From NCBI GenBank assembly GCA_963737065.1, contig CAVTRC010000001.1, positions 1,568,001 through 1,632,000 of the forward strand: a DNA stretch of 64,000 bases. The letters are read 5' to 3'. The notes beneath the pieces are model-generated. The model had not been told where the DNA came from, searched no databases, and was given only the letters and a program-made list of their open reading frames with translations. Origin of the DNA: Candidatus Eremiobacteria bacterium. Lineage in GTDB: Bacteria; Vulcanimicrobiota; Vulcanimicrobiia; Vulcanimicrobiales; Vulcanimicrobiaceae. The translations under genes were made by a program, and so were the position numbers. Numbering within the stretch: the stretch's first letter is position 1; the number at the start of each line of letters is the position of its first letter. Shown here in pieces: positions 41,094-50,403 of this stretch.

Positions 41094-42417
41094 GCTGGAG
41101 CTTGCGTATTGGCCGTCATCGCGCGCGGTCTGGGCGATCGCGGCAATCGCGTTTCTCCTTGCGGTTTCGCCCGGCGTTCCGATTCTCGCGCCGCTTTGTA
41201 CGGGATTGCTTGCGCTCCTCGTGGCCGCGTCGGTCATCGATGCGCTGCGGCTGCCGCCGCCGCGATCGGTTGCGATCCAACGCACGGTGCCGTTGCATCT
41301 GGCGCTGCGTCGGCGCATTGCATTACGGTACGACCTGGAGAACCGCTCCGCTCGCGTACTGCGCATCGGCTTCGTGGAAGAGCCGTTGCATACGCTCGCG
41401 CTACCGCACGACGAGATCGTTACGCTCGTTCCGGCGCAGTCCATCGTAGCGGTGACCGCCGGCGCATTGCCCGTCGCGCGCGGAGCCGACAGCTTTTCGC
41501 GCATGTACGCATGGTACGAAACCGCGCTTGGCCTCGTCCGAAGATGGACGCGTATGGAAGCCGCGCACGCGATCCGCGTGTATCCGGATCTTTCGGCCGT
41601 CGAACGCTACGGCAATCTCACGCGGCGCAATCGTGCAATCGAAGCAGGTCTGCGGCGCATGCGCCTGCGCGGTGAAGGTTCGGAGTTCGAAAGCGTGCGC
41701 GACTACGCGACCGGCGATGCGTTTCGCGCGATCGATTGGAAGGCAACCGCGCGGCGCGGCAAGGTGATGGTCGTGCAACGCGAGGTGGAACGCAGCCAAG
41801 ACATCATGCTGATGCTGGATTGCGGCCGTCTCATGACCGCGCGTATCGGCGAAGCGCGCAAGCTGGACTACGCCGTAACGGCCGCGCTCTCGGTCGCATC
41901 GATCGCCGCGCTCGCGAGCGACCGTGTGGGCGTCGTTGCGTTCGCGCGCGATATTCTCGTGGCCCGTTCACCACGCTCGACCGCCTCGTCGATGCATGCG
42001 CTTGCAGATGCCCTTTCCGACGTCGAGCCGCGGTTCGAAGAATCCGACTACGCGCGAGCGATCGACTACGTGCGTTCGCATCTGCACCGGCGCAGTCTCG
42101 TCGTGCTGTTCACCGACGTTATCGATCCGGTCGCGCAGAGCACGGTCCTCGCCGAACTCAAGACGCTGACGACGCGGCACGTCGTCTTGTGCGTCTTTAT
42201 GAACGATGCTGCGGTGGCGCAAACGTTAGCGGCGACGCCGCGGACCATCGATGATGCGTATCGTCTGGACGTTGCGCTCGGCCTAGAACACGAACGAACG
42301 GTTGCTGCAAAAACAGTGGAGCGCACGGGCGTTATCGTCTTGGATGCCGCAGCGGAGAAACTCTCAGCGGCGGCGATCGACGAGTATTTGCGTATTAAGT
42401 CACGAGCTCTGCTCTAG
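41086..42417 (+). CDS. DUF58 / vWA-like protein
   Basis: EFESVRDY..GD, IDWKATAR, LDCGRLM, FTD. Confidence 0.88.
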   Translation: MRRLELAYWPSSRAVWAIAAIAFLLAVSPGVPILAPLCTGLLALLVAASVIDALRLPPPRSVAIQRTVPLHLALRRRIALRYDLENRSARVLRIGFVEEPLHTLALPHDEIVTLVPAQSIVAVTAGALPVARGADSFSRMYAWYETALGLVRRWTRMEAAHAIRVYPDLSAVERYGNLTRRNRAIEAGLRRMRLRGEGSEFESVRDYATGDAFRAIDWKATARRGKVMVVQREVERSQDIMLMLDCGRLMTARIGEARKLDYAVTAALSVASIAALASDRVGVVAFARDILVARSPRSTASSMHALADALSDVEPRFEESDYARAIDYVRSHLHRRSLVVLFTDVIDPVAQSTVLAELKTLTTRHVVLCVFMNDAAVAQTLAATPRTIDDAYRLDVALGLEHERTVAAKTVERTGVIVLDAAAEKLSAAAIDEYLRIKSRALL

Positions 42418-43374
42418 CGCGCGGCCGGCGAAGCCGAAATAGAGCGCAAGCAGAAGCGCCGTCGCGGCGCCGAACGCGATTCGATCGACGGCCGTTAGAC
42501 GGAGCGGCGAGAAGAAGCCTTCGATCGTGCCCGCGACGACGAGCATCGATGCGACCCCCGCGATCAAGATGCCGGCACGTTGCGCCGCTTCCGTAATTGC
42601 GGCGACGCGCCGAAGCCGTCCCGGAGCGAGGACGCCCGCGCTGATCAACAACCCCGCCGCGCCGGCGATTTGAATCGCGGTCAGTTCGATGACGCCGTGC
42701 GGCGCGACCGTGGCCCAATAGTCGGCACCGAAGCCCGCGTTGGCGAAGAGCGCGCCGACACCGCCGAGCATCAGACCATTTTGCAATAGTATCAGCAGCG
42801 TAAATGCGCCCAGCGTCACGCATCCCGCAAAAGCGAAGACCGCGACTTTGATGTTGTTTGTGATAATCGCGGAAGACATCAGCGGCGAGCGCCCCGGATC
42901 GAAGGCAAAATTCGAGTCGTGCAGACTGTGTTTAATCGCCGGCGGTACGAGCGATTCCGGAAGAATCGCATACGCTTCGCCCGGATGCGAGCGCACGATG
43001 ACGTAGGCAATGACAGCCGTTGCAACGGTGAGCGCGCTACATACGAGAATCCACGCAAACGATCGACGGAATTCCGAGGGGAACGTGACGGCGTAGAATC
43101 GCGCGACGCGCTGCCAGCCCGTCGTCGCGCTTCCGCCGTAGACGTAGGCGTGCGCGCGCGCAACGAGGCGGTTCAGATACGTCAGCAGACGCGCTTCGTA
43201 TCCTTGGCCGCCCGCATACGCAAGATCGCTCGTAGCGGCACGATACAGAACGCCGATCCGTTCCACGTCATCTGGTGCGATCCGGCGCAGTCCCCGGCGG
43301 TTTGCGCGCGAGAGCAGCGCGTCGAGTTCTTCCCACGCGGCCGAACGGCGTTCGACGAAGGTGCGCTGCGTCAC
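42400..43374 (-). CDS. SpoIIM/DUF95 family membrane protein
   Basis: FVERR..W..L, YLNRL, NNIKV, NGLMLG, PHGVIEL, IEGFFSP. Start GTG 43374 is probable. Confidence 0.88.
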   Translation of the reverse strand: MTQRTFVERRSAAWEELDALLSRANRRGLRRIAPDDVERIGVLYRAATSDLAYAGGQGYEARLLTYLNRLVARAHAYVYGGSATTGWQRVARFYAVTFPSEFRRSFAWILVCSALTVATAVIAYVIVRSHPGEAYAILPESLVPPAIKHSLHDSNFAFDPGRSPLMSSAIITNNIKVAVFAFAGCVTLGAFTLLILLQNGLMLGGVGALFANAGFGADYWATVAPHGVIELTAIQIAGAAGLLISAGVLAPGRLRRVAAITEAAQRAGILIAGVASMLVVAGTIEGFFSPLRLTAVDRIAFGAATALLLALYFGFAGRALEQSS

Positions 43375-43396
43375 GCCGTGTGAAGTACGGTCGTCC

Positions 43397-44140
43397 ATGG
43401 ATCGAACCCTCGACGTCCGCACACCGGAATCGATCGCATTCTCTTACGAGCTCGCCGGTATCGGCAGCCGGTTCTTAGCGGTCGCAATCGATTTGCTGCT
43501 GCAAATCGGCATCCTCGTTGCACTCGCTTGGGGGATAGCCGCGATCGCGCCGCATACCGTCGCTTCGGTACAGCGCGGATCAGCGCACCACGGAACAGGG
43601 TTTGCGCGCAACGCCGTCCTCGGCGTATTGATCTTCATCCTGTTCGTCATCTTCTTCGGCTACTTCATCATCTTCGAAGCGTTCTCGAACGGACAGACGC
43701 CGGGAAAGCGCGCCATCGGGCTGCGTGTCGTCCGCGACGGCGGCTATCCGATCGACTTCACGGCGTCGCTGGTGCGGAATCTGATCCGCATCGGCGAGAT
43801 GATGTTCGGCTTCTACGCGCTCGCCGCGGTCAGCGCGCTCATCTCTCCCGAAAACAAACGGCTCGGCGATATGGCTGCCGGCACCGTGGTCGTGCGCGAA
43901 GCAAAGATGCAATCGCCCGCGTCGATGCTGCGCGAGATTCGTGACGAACCCGTTTACGCTGCGACCGCGTACGCAACCGGCGAAGAACGCGCGATCGTCA
44001 AGCGGTTTCTCGAACGTCGCGATTCGCTCGATCCCAACCGCCGCGTTGCACTCGCGCACGAAATTGCCGCACGCGTGCGCCCGCGCGTACCGGCGGAACT
44101 GCAGCGCCTGGACGACGAAGCCTTGCTCGAACGTCTGTAG
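43397..44140 (+). CDS. RDD family protein
   Basis: TPE, LAGIGSRFLA..ID, GQTPGK, RNL, KRLGDMAAGTVVV. Confidence 0.9.
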   Translation: MDRTLDVRTPESIAFSYELAGIGSRFLAVAIDLLLQIGILVALAWGIAAIAPHTVASVQRGSAHHGTGFARNAVLGVLIFILFVIFFGYFIIFEAFSNGQTPGKRAIGLRVVRDGGYPIDFTASLVRNLIRIGEMMFGFYALAAVSALISPENKRLGDMAAGTVVVREAKMQSPASMLREIRDEPVYAATAYATGEERAIVKRFLERRDSLDPNRRVALAHEIAARVRPRVPAELQRLDDEALLERL

Positions 44141-44145
44141 TTCGT

Positions 44146-45141
44146 TTAGCCGTTCTTGAAGCGATGACCGAAGTCGCGCGCGAAGCGCATCGCGTCGGCT
44201 TTGGTGCGATCGTAGATCGTTTTCGCGTCGGCTTTGCTCATGTGGCGGCCGTGCTGCAGGAAGAACGTTGCGCCTTCGCCGACGACGATCGTTCCGGCAT
44301 ACGCGATTGCGCCTTTGATTGCGATTCCTGCAACCGGAACGAACCCAACGAGTTCACGCGCCAGCGTCCGCCAGCCGAAGCCGCCGCCGATGACCGGCAA
44401 CAGCTGCCACATGCGTTGCACGTCCGGATCTTTGCCGTATGCGGCTTCGATGTGCAGGAGCAGCATCATCTGCAACCCGGTGATGGCGACCATATCACCG
44501 GCGGACGCGAACGCGCCGAGCACGATGCCGACGACCGGAATGTGATCGACCACGGCGCTTGCGAGCGCGATCTTCAACGCGTTATTCGCCGCATCGCGTG
44601 TGAGCTTCGCGGCAACGGATTCGCGCATTACCGGTAACCGCCGGCCGACCGCGATCTCCACCCCCTTCGACGCTTCGACCATGTGCGGAAAAACGCGTCC
44701 GCGCAGTGCTTCGCGGGTGAGCGCGGGAACGACGTACTCTGCAAACGTGCCGGGCGCGGGAACGCTCGAAGGCCCGCTCGGCTGTGCGCCCGGATCAACG
44801 GTGAGCGCGACGATCGGAACGCGCAACGCTTTGAGCGGTTCGAGGTGCGCGCCCGCCAAATCGCCGCGCCGTCCGAGAAAGACGACCAGCCGTACTTCGC
44901 GCGGTTCGGTGATCAACGGCTCGCCGCTGTTCGGGATCGTTTCCAGACACGCCGCCGCGTCGAGCGGAATCGAACCGTCGTCATGTCCTGAGAGCAACAG
45001 CGTGCGAAACTCGGCGATCAGCGCCGGGTCACCGCAGAGGAGGTAGCGGAACGGTTTACGCACGTGCGCACGCACGGCGTTGACGTCGATGCCGCTACGG
45101 ACGAGCCGGAACAGATCGCGCGTGCCGATAGCCGATGACAT
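44146..45141 (-). CDS. Hypothetical protein with DUF697/EcsC-like C-terminal region
   Basis: GGAGG RBS; Gly/Ala-rich helices IPVVG...Q..M...I..AYG...VPVAG.AI...IAYAGT..VG. Confidence 0.65.
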   Translation of the reverse strand: MSSAIGTRDLFRLVRSGIDVNAVRAHVRKPFRYLLCGDPALIAEFRTLLLSGHDDGSIPLDAAACLETIPNSGEPLITEPREVRLVVFLGRRGDLAGAHLEPLKALRVPIVALTVDPGAQPSGPSSVPAPGTFAEYVVPALTREALRGRVFPHMVEASKGVEIAVGRRLPVMRESVAAKLTRDAANNALKIALASAVVDHIPVVGIVLGAFASAGDMVAITGLQMMLLLHIEAAYGKDPDVQRMWQLLPVIGGGFGWRTLARELVGFVPVAGIAIKGAIAYAGTIVVGEGATFFLQHGRHMSKADAKTIYDRTKADAMRFARDFGHRFKNG

Positions 45142-45160
45142 CCGTACCTCCAGTGGAACG

Positions 45161-47173
45161 TTAGTTCGCGTGCATTTCCTTCACGGGATCGTCCGTATAG
45201 TCCAGATAGACCAGTCCGGTGAAGATTTCCAGCGGCCATGCGTGCATGCCGTGCGAATCCGCTAGATCGACCGGCGATTTCTTCGTGCGCATCATTTCGT
45301 CGACGATCTCTTGCGGCGTCGACTTGATGTCCGCTGCGACGATCGTTGCGACGACGACGTCGCCCGGCGTGATGTTGTCGTGCAGCATCTGGGTGTAATC
45401 GATGCCGGGCTGTTTGAAGCGCTGGTCGAGCGCATGTTGCAGCGTCGCGTAGCGTTCCGGTGACGTTCCTAATCCGAGAAGCGTGATGCGCGCGGAAAGC
45501 TGACGCGTGCGCGCCATATTGTACACTTGCGCCGCCTGCGAGGCCGCCGTTGCGGCGTTATTGAGCCCCGTCGACGCCTTCTCCATCATCGGGGCGAGCA
45601 TATCGTACTCGCTCTTCGAGATGTCGCCTTGATAGTTGACCGGCGCGCGTGCGAGCTCTTTGAAGAACGCATCGACGTCTCCGAGCGATTGATCGAGCAG
45701 CGTCAACGACGCGCGTCCGGCATCCACCGTGCGCAGCATGTCGCTGTCCGCGAACTGCAGTTCTTTGAAGACGCTCGGATACGACGGCAAGAGCGCGACC
45801 GATTCGGCCGGAATCGGCGTCGAACTGAGCGTCGTTTGCATCTCGTTGAGAATCTCGCTGCTCTCGCGCAGCAGTCCCGATTCTTTGTTCTTCTCGAGCG
45901 ATCCAACGCCATTGATCGACGTGCCGGCGTCCATGAGCGTGCTGTTGATGGAGCGGCCCATTGCGTTTACGTTCTTCAAGATCGCTTCCAACCGCGAGCC
46001 GTGTTGAATGTTGATGCGGCTGAAGTCAGGGATCTCGTACTGCAGCGCATTCATCCGCGTATTGATCGTCTTGAGCTGATCTTTGCCTTCGTCGTGACGC
46101 GCCGCGATCTCACCGTTTGCTTGCGTCTGCGACGCTTGCACGGCGGCAAGTTGCTCGCGCAGGCGCTGCAAGTTCGGCTTGACGAGCGTCACTTGGTGCG
46201 CCCGCATCTGGCGCAACGACGCGATGCGAGCGTTTGCTTCATCGCGCAGTGCGGGATTGCCGCGCTGCGCGGCTTCCGCGAGCGTCTGCTGGCTCTTGCT
46301 CGGCAGACCCATTGCAAGCTGATCTTCGCCTTCACCGAGCAGCGCTTCGGTGTTCGTCGGATCCGTCTTCAGAATCTGGTCGAACTTCCACATCGAGAAC
46401 GAGTACCGAGCCCGTTCCTGATCGCTTGCGGCCTGCACCACTTGCTGTTGTTCCGTAACGACTTTCGGGTCGAGTTCGGGGTAGCCGACGAGATGTGAAA
46501 CGCGCGCGTCGGAGCCGGGATGGTCCTGAAGATACTTCGTAACGAGATCGCTGTGTTCGTCGCCTAAGACCTTCAAGTGATCGAGCATCGTCTCCATCGC
46601 ATACGGGTCGTAGCCCGCGCGCGACATCAACTGCAACCCCGTGCGATCGGCTTGCAATTCATCGGCGCGCTGCATCTTCGCGATGACGCCCGCTTGCATC
46701 AAGTTGCCGAAATTGTAGATCAACGGCGAGAAGATCGAGGCGATACCGAAGAGTAGATTGAGTGCCTGCGCCTTCGATTGCATCGTGACGACATGACGGC
46801 GCTCGATATGACCGGTTTCGTGACCGATGACGCCCGCAAGTTCGTCATCCGACTGCACGAAGTCCACGAGGCCCTCGTTGATGTACACGTAGCCGCCCAT
46901 CGTGGCGAACGAGTTGACGTCGGTATCCTTGATAATCTTGACGTTGTAGGGCACGTCTTTGCGCGCGACTTCTTTCCAGAGATTGCGCGCGATCGACTGA
47001 ACGTACGCATTGAGCAAGGGGTCGGTTTCTATAACGTCCGACTCGACGATCTGCTCGTCCTCACCACGGCCCATTTCGATCTCGGTTTGCGTCGAAGTAG
47101 CCAGCGCGGGTGCCGGACATATGGCACCCACCAGTGAAAGAATGACGGCCATTGGAACGATGCGGCGAAACAT
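45161..47173 (-). CDS. Secreted M48 metallopeptidase with TPR-like and coiled-coil extension
   Basis: Signal peptide, NSFA..GG, HETGH, ELQAD, AGYDP, DHP. Confidence 0.88.
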   Translation of the reverse strand: MFRRIVPMAVILSLVGAICPAPALATSTQTEIEMGRGEDEQIVESDVIETDPLLNAYVQSIARNLWKEVARKDVPYNVKIIKDTDVNSFATMGGYVYINEGLVDFVQSDDELAGVIGHETGHIERRHVVTMQSKAQALNLLFGIASIFSPLIYNFGNLMQAGVIAKMQRADELQADRTGLQLMSRAGYDPYAMETMLDHLKVLGDEHSDLVTKYLQDHPGSDARVSHLVGYPELDPKVVTEQQQVVQAASDQERARYSFSMWKFDQILKTDPTNTEALLGEGEDQLAMGLPSKSQQTLAEAAQRGNPALRDEANARIASLRQMRAHQVTLVKPNLQRLREQLAAVQASQTQANGEIAARHDEGKDQLKTINTRMNALQYEIPDFSRINIQHGSRLEAILKNVNAMGRSINSTLMDAGTSINGVGSLEKNKESGLLRESSEILNEMQTTLSSTPIPAESVALLPSYPSVFKELQFADSDMLRTVDAGRASLTLLDQSLGDVDAFFKELARAPVNYQGDISKSEYDMLAPMMEKASTGLNNAATAASQAAQVYNMARTRQLSARITLLGLGTSPERYATLQHALDQRFKQPGIDYTQMLHDNITPGDVVVATIVAADIKSTPQEIVDEMMRTKKSPVDLADSHGMHAWPLEIFTGLVYLDYTDDPVKEMHAN

Positions 47174-47273
47174 AGGACGGTCTTCCTTACTTACCAACGA
47201 GGTAACTCAATGTTACGGCGACGGAGTGCAGCTGCTCAACGTTCGAGCGGCCTCCGACGTTACCCAAGCATAC

Positions 47274-47323
47274 TGTGCATTGCGTGTGGATAATAGAAAC
47301 AACTTGCGAACGGCTGTGGATGC
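47274..47323. promoter_or_regulatory. DnaA box cluster upstream of minC
   Basis: Perfect TGTGGATAA at 47285-47293; degenerate TGTGCATTG at 47274-47282 and TGTGGATGC at 47315-47323. Confidence 0.55.
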
Positions 47324-47364
47324 GTGAAGGCCTCGGGGTACGGCCGCTGTGAAGTCAGCCGCCG

Positions 47365-48153
47365 ATGACGCTTATTCGAGGACGCGGACTCGGCCTCGAG
47401 CTTCGTTTCGCCGGTCGCGATTTCGACGCGGCGCTGGCCGAGCTATCGACCAAACTTAGCGAGCGTCCCGGGTTCTATCGCGGGTCGTCGGCAACAGCCG
47501 TCGTCGACGATCCGCCGCCCCCGGAAGACGGCATTACTCGTCTGCGCAGCCTCCTTCAAGAGCACGGCATCGAACTTGCAGCCGTCGAGCCCGCTGCAAG
47601 CGAAGAGCTTGCGCGCCGTCGCGCGATGCGTCCGCATCGCGAGCTCAAGCTCTCCGACTCCGCGCGCTCGCTCGTCGCCGACTTCGCCGGCGCGCGTTCG
47701 GACATTGCCGAGCGCCGTAAACGCGGCGACTCGAGCGTGCGCCGCACGGTGCATCGCGAGCCCGAACACGCAGCCCCCGCCCCCGCGTTGCATATCGCGC
47801 CGCCGCCGCCCGGCACGCTGTATCACGTCGGTACGTTGCGCGGCGGCCAAGCGCTACATCACGCCGGCAACATCATCGTCGTCGGCGACGTAAATCCCGG
47901 AACCGAGCTCGTCGCGACGGGCGATATCGTCGTGTTCGGCCGCTTGCTCGGTGTTGCGCACGCGGGCGCGCAAGGCGACGAGAGTGCAAAAGTCTACGCG
48001 TTGCATTTACAAGCGACGCAACTGCGCATCGCAACGAGTATCGCACTTGACGAGGACACGAGGCCGTCGGCCTCGCAACCAGAGATGGCGTTTTTGCGCG
48101 ATGGCCGTATCATCATCGCGCCGTTTTCGAAGGCGTCGGAGGTACTGAAGTAA
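47365..48153 (+). CDS. minC: Septum site-determining protein MinC
   Basis: TLRGGQ, GDVNPG.E..A.GDIVVFG.L.G.AHAG, QLRIA. Confidence 0.92.
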   Translation: MTLIRGRGLGLELRFAGRDFDAALAELSTKLSERPGFYRGSSATAVVDDPPPPEDGITRLRSLLQEHGIELAAVEPAASEELARRRAMRPHRELKLSDSARSLVADFAGARSDIAERRKRGDSSVRRTVHREPEHAAPAPALHIAPPPPGTLYHVGTLRGGQALHHAGNIIVVGDVNPGTELVATGDIVVFGRLLGVAHAGAQGDESAKVYALHLQATQLRIATSIALDEDTRPSASQPEMAFLRDGRIIIAPFSKASEVLK

Positions 48154-48154
48154 T

Positions 48155-48946
48155 ATGGCAGCACGTCGAATCGTCATTACCTCCGGTAAAGGCGGCGTCG
48201 GAAAGACGACCACGACCGCCAACCTCGGCGCGGCGCTTGCCAAGCGCGGGCATCGCGTGATTTTGGTCGATGCCGATATCGGTCTGCGCAACCTCGATCT
48301 CGTGCTCGGCTTGGAAAAACGCATCGTCTTCGATTTGGTCGAAGTCGCGGAGGGACGATGCCAGCTACGCCAGGCGCTGATCAAAGACAAACGCTTCGAA
48401 TCGCTCTCGATTCTCCCGGCGGCACAGACGCGCGACAAAGACGCGATCACGGAATCGCAGTTCGCAGCCATCATCGAACAAACCGCGGAACAAGCGGATT
48501 ACGTATTGATCGATTGTCCCGCGGGGATTGAAGGCGGATTCCGTAACGCCGTTGCGGGAGCAAAAGAAGCGATCGTCGTGACGACGCCGGAAGTGAGCGC
48601 GATTCGTGATGCCGATCGCGTCGTGGGAAAGCTCAACGATAAACAGCTTCCGATTCGCTTGATCGTCAATCGTCTACGTCCCGACATGGTGCGCAGCGGC
48701 GACATGCTCTCCGTTGAAGACGTCTGCGAGATTCTCTCGATTGAACTGGTCGGTATCGTTCCCGACGATGAAGAGATCATCGACACGACAAACAAAGGCG
48801 AACCGATCGTGCTCGACGATACGGCGCGTCTGCGCATGATTTACGACAAGATCGCGCGCCGTCTCGAAGGTGACCTCGTGCCCTTTACCAATTTCGACGG
48901 ACAGAGCTTGCTGGGTCGCCTTTTCGGCGCACGGAAAGCGGGGTAA
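48155..48946 (+). CDS. minD: Septum site-determining ATPase MinD, copy 1
   Basis: TSGKGGVGKTT, DADIGLRNLD, IDCPAGIE, C-terminal amphipathic LLGRLFG. Confidence 0.95.
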   Translation: MAARRIVITSGKGGVGKTTTTANLGAALAKRGHRVILVDADIGLRNLDLVLGLEKRIVFDLVEVAEGRCQLRQALIKDKRFESLSILPAAQTRDKDAITESQFAAIIEQTAEQADYVLIDCPAGIEGGFRNAVAGAKEAIVVTTPEVSAIRDADRVVGKLNDKQLPIRLIVNRLRPDMVRSGDMLSVEDVCEILSIELVGIVPDDEEIIDTTNKGEPIVLDDTARLRMIYDKIARRLEGDLVPFTNFDGQSLLGRLFGARKAG

Positions 48947-48950
48947 CGCG

Positions 48951-49820
48951 ATGCATCTCCTTCGACAGGCCCAGGATGACAATGGCCCGGAATCCGACGC
49001 ATGTGTTCAGCCGGCGAAAAAGCTCGGCCGCGCGATCGTGCTGACGTCGGGTAAAGGCGGCGTCGGCAAGACGACGACGACGGCGAATCTCGGCACGGCA
49101 CTCGCGGCGCGCGGTGAGCGCGTCGTGCTCGTCGACGCGGACGTCGGTCTGCGCAATCTCGACATCGTGCTCGGTCTCGAGAGCCGGGTGAAGTATCATG
49201 TGCTCGACGTGCTCGAAGACAAAGTGTCGATCGACGATGCGCTGGTCGGTGACAAGCGCGTTGAGACGCTTTCGCTGCTCGCCGCGGCGCAGACACGCGA
49301 AAAAGATGAAGTCGATACCGAAAAAATGCGCGCGCTCGTTCAGACGCTGCGCGAACGATTCGATTACGTCCTGATCGACTGTCCCGCCGGCATCGAGCAA
49401 GGGTTCCACAACGCCGTCGTCGGTGCCGAAGAAGCGATCGTCGTTTGCACGCCTGAGGTTTCTGCGGTGCGCGACGTCGACCGGGTCGTCGGTTTGCTCG
49501 GCAATCGGTTCAAGCCGCAGTTGATCGTGAACCGCTTGCGTCCGCAATTGGTCAAGAAGGGGAAGATGCTTTCCGTCGACGACGTGAACGGTATTCTGCA
49601 TCTGCCGCTGCTCGGTGTAATCGCGGACGAACCGGAGATCATCGTCACGACGAATAAAGGCGAACCGCTTGCGTTACGCCGCGACGGCGCGACGGCGAGC
49701 GCGTATCACGCAATCGCCGCGCGCGTTGCGGGTGAAGACGTCCCCGCGCCGACGGTTGAAGTGAAAGAGCTGTCGTTTCTCGGCAAACTCGGCGCGCTCT
49801 TCGGAGGACGCAAATCGTGA
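48951..49820 (+). CDS. minD: Septum site-determining ATPase MinD, copy 2
   Basis: TSGKGGVGKTT, DADVGLRNLD, IDCPAGIE, C-terminal FLGKLGALFG. Confidence 0.93.
   Translation: MHLLRQAQDDNGPESDACVQPAKKLGRAIVLTSGKGGVGKTTTTANLGTALAARGERVVLVDADVGLRNLDIVLGLESRVKYHVLDVLEDKVSIDDALVGDKRVETLSLLAAAQTREKDEVDTEKMRALVQTLRERFDYVLIDCPAGIEQGFHNAVVGAEEAIVVCTPEVSAVRDVDRVVGLLGNRFKPQLIVNRLRPQLVKKGKMLSVDDVNGILHLPLLGVIADEPEIIVTTNKGEPLALRRDGATASAYHAIAARVAGEDVPAPTVEVKELSFLGKLGALFGGRKS
48958..48981. repeat. REP-like element half (CCTTCGACAGGCCCAGGATGACA) in the 5' coding region of minD2
   Basis: Resembles, from memory, the widespread CTTCGACAAGCTCAGGATGAC palindromic repeat; read here as LRQAQDD. Single copy in the window. 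Confidence 0.5.
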
Positions 49821-50293
49821 TCGAATGGGTCAAAAAAATCTTCGGGCAAACGCCTTCGAGCTCGACGGCGAAGGAACGGCTCCGACTCGTGCTGATGACG
49901 GACCACCTCGCGCTCGCGCCGGAGATCATCGAGAACATGAAGCGTGATCTCGTCGACGTCATCTCGCGCTACGTGGAGGTCGATCGCGAAAAGGTTGAAG
50001 TGAGCTTCGAACGCGAGGACAAAGCGCTCGCGATGCTGGCCAATATCCCAATCACCGCGGTCAATCGCCCCAACAGACCCGCAGAGGGCACCGATCCGCC
50101 GGAGGAACGCGATCGCGAAGCGCTCGCCGAGAGCGTCGGGGCCGGTGAACGTGCCGAAGAACCGCCGGAATCCGAACCGGTTGCAATCGAACCGCAGGCG
50201 AAAGCCGCCACCGCAAGCATGTCCGGACCACCGCCGACGCGTCGCCGCCGCAAAAAGAAAGTGGGCGGATCGAAAGCCGCGACCGCGCACTAA
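49817..50293 (+). CDS. minE: Cell division topological specificity factor MinE with long C-terminal tail
   Basis: AKERLRLVL.TD, VISRYV, ANIPI, then about 70 low-complexity residues. Confidence 0.92.
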   Translation: MIEWVKKIFGQTPSSSTAKERLRLVLMTDHLALAPEIIENMKRDLVDVISRYVEVDREKVEVSFEREDKALAMLANIPITAVNRPNRPAEGTDPPEERDREALAESVGAGERAEEPPESEPVAIEPQAKAATASMSGPPPTRRRRKKKVGGSKAATAH

Positions 50294-50403
50294 CTCGGCA
50301 TCATGCACGCCGGCGTATTTCAGGCGGACGCCGTCTCACGTTCCGCGCGGTCCCGGCCGACAAGTAGTACGCAATGCGCTCTCGTTTGACGAAGGCTCGC
50401 TGA

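Noticed and set aside
42400..43374. Sporulation capability from the SpoIIM-family gene
   Set aside because: In MoxR/RDD clusters this family occurs in non-sporulating taxa; no other spo genes in the window.
47174..47364. oriC
   Set aside because: Only one perfect DnaA box, no AT-rich unwinding region, no dnaA/dnaN nearby.
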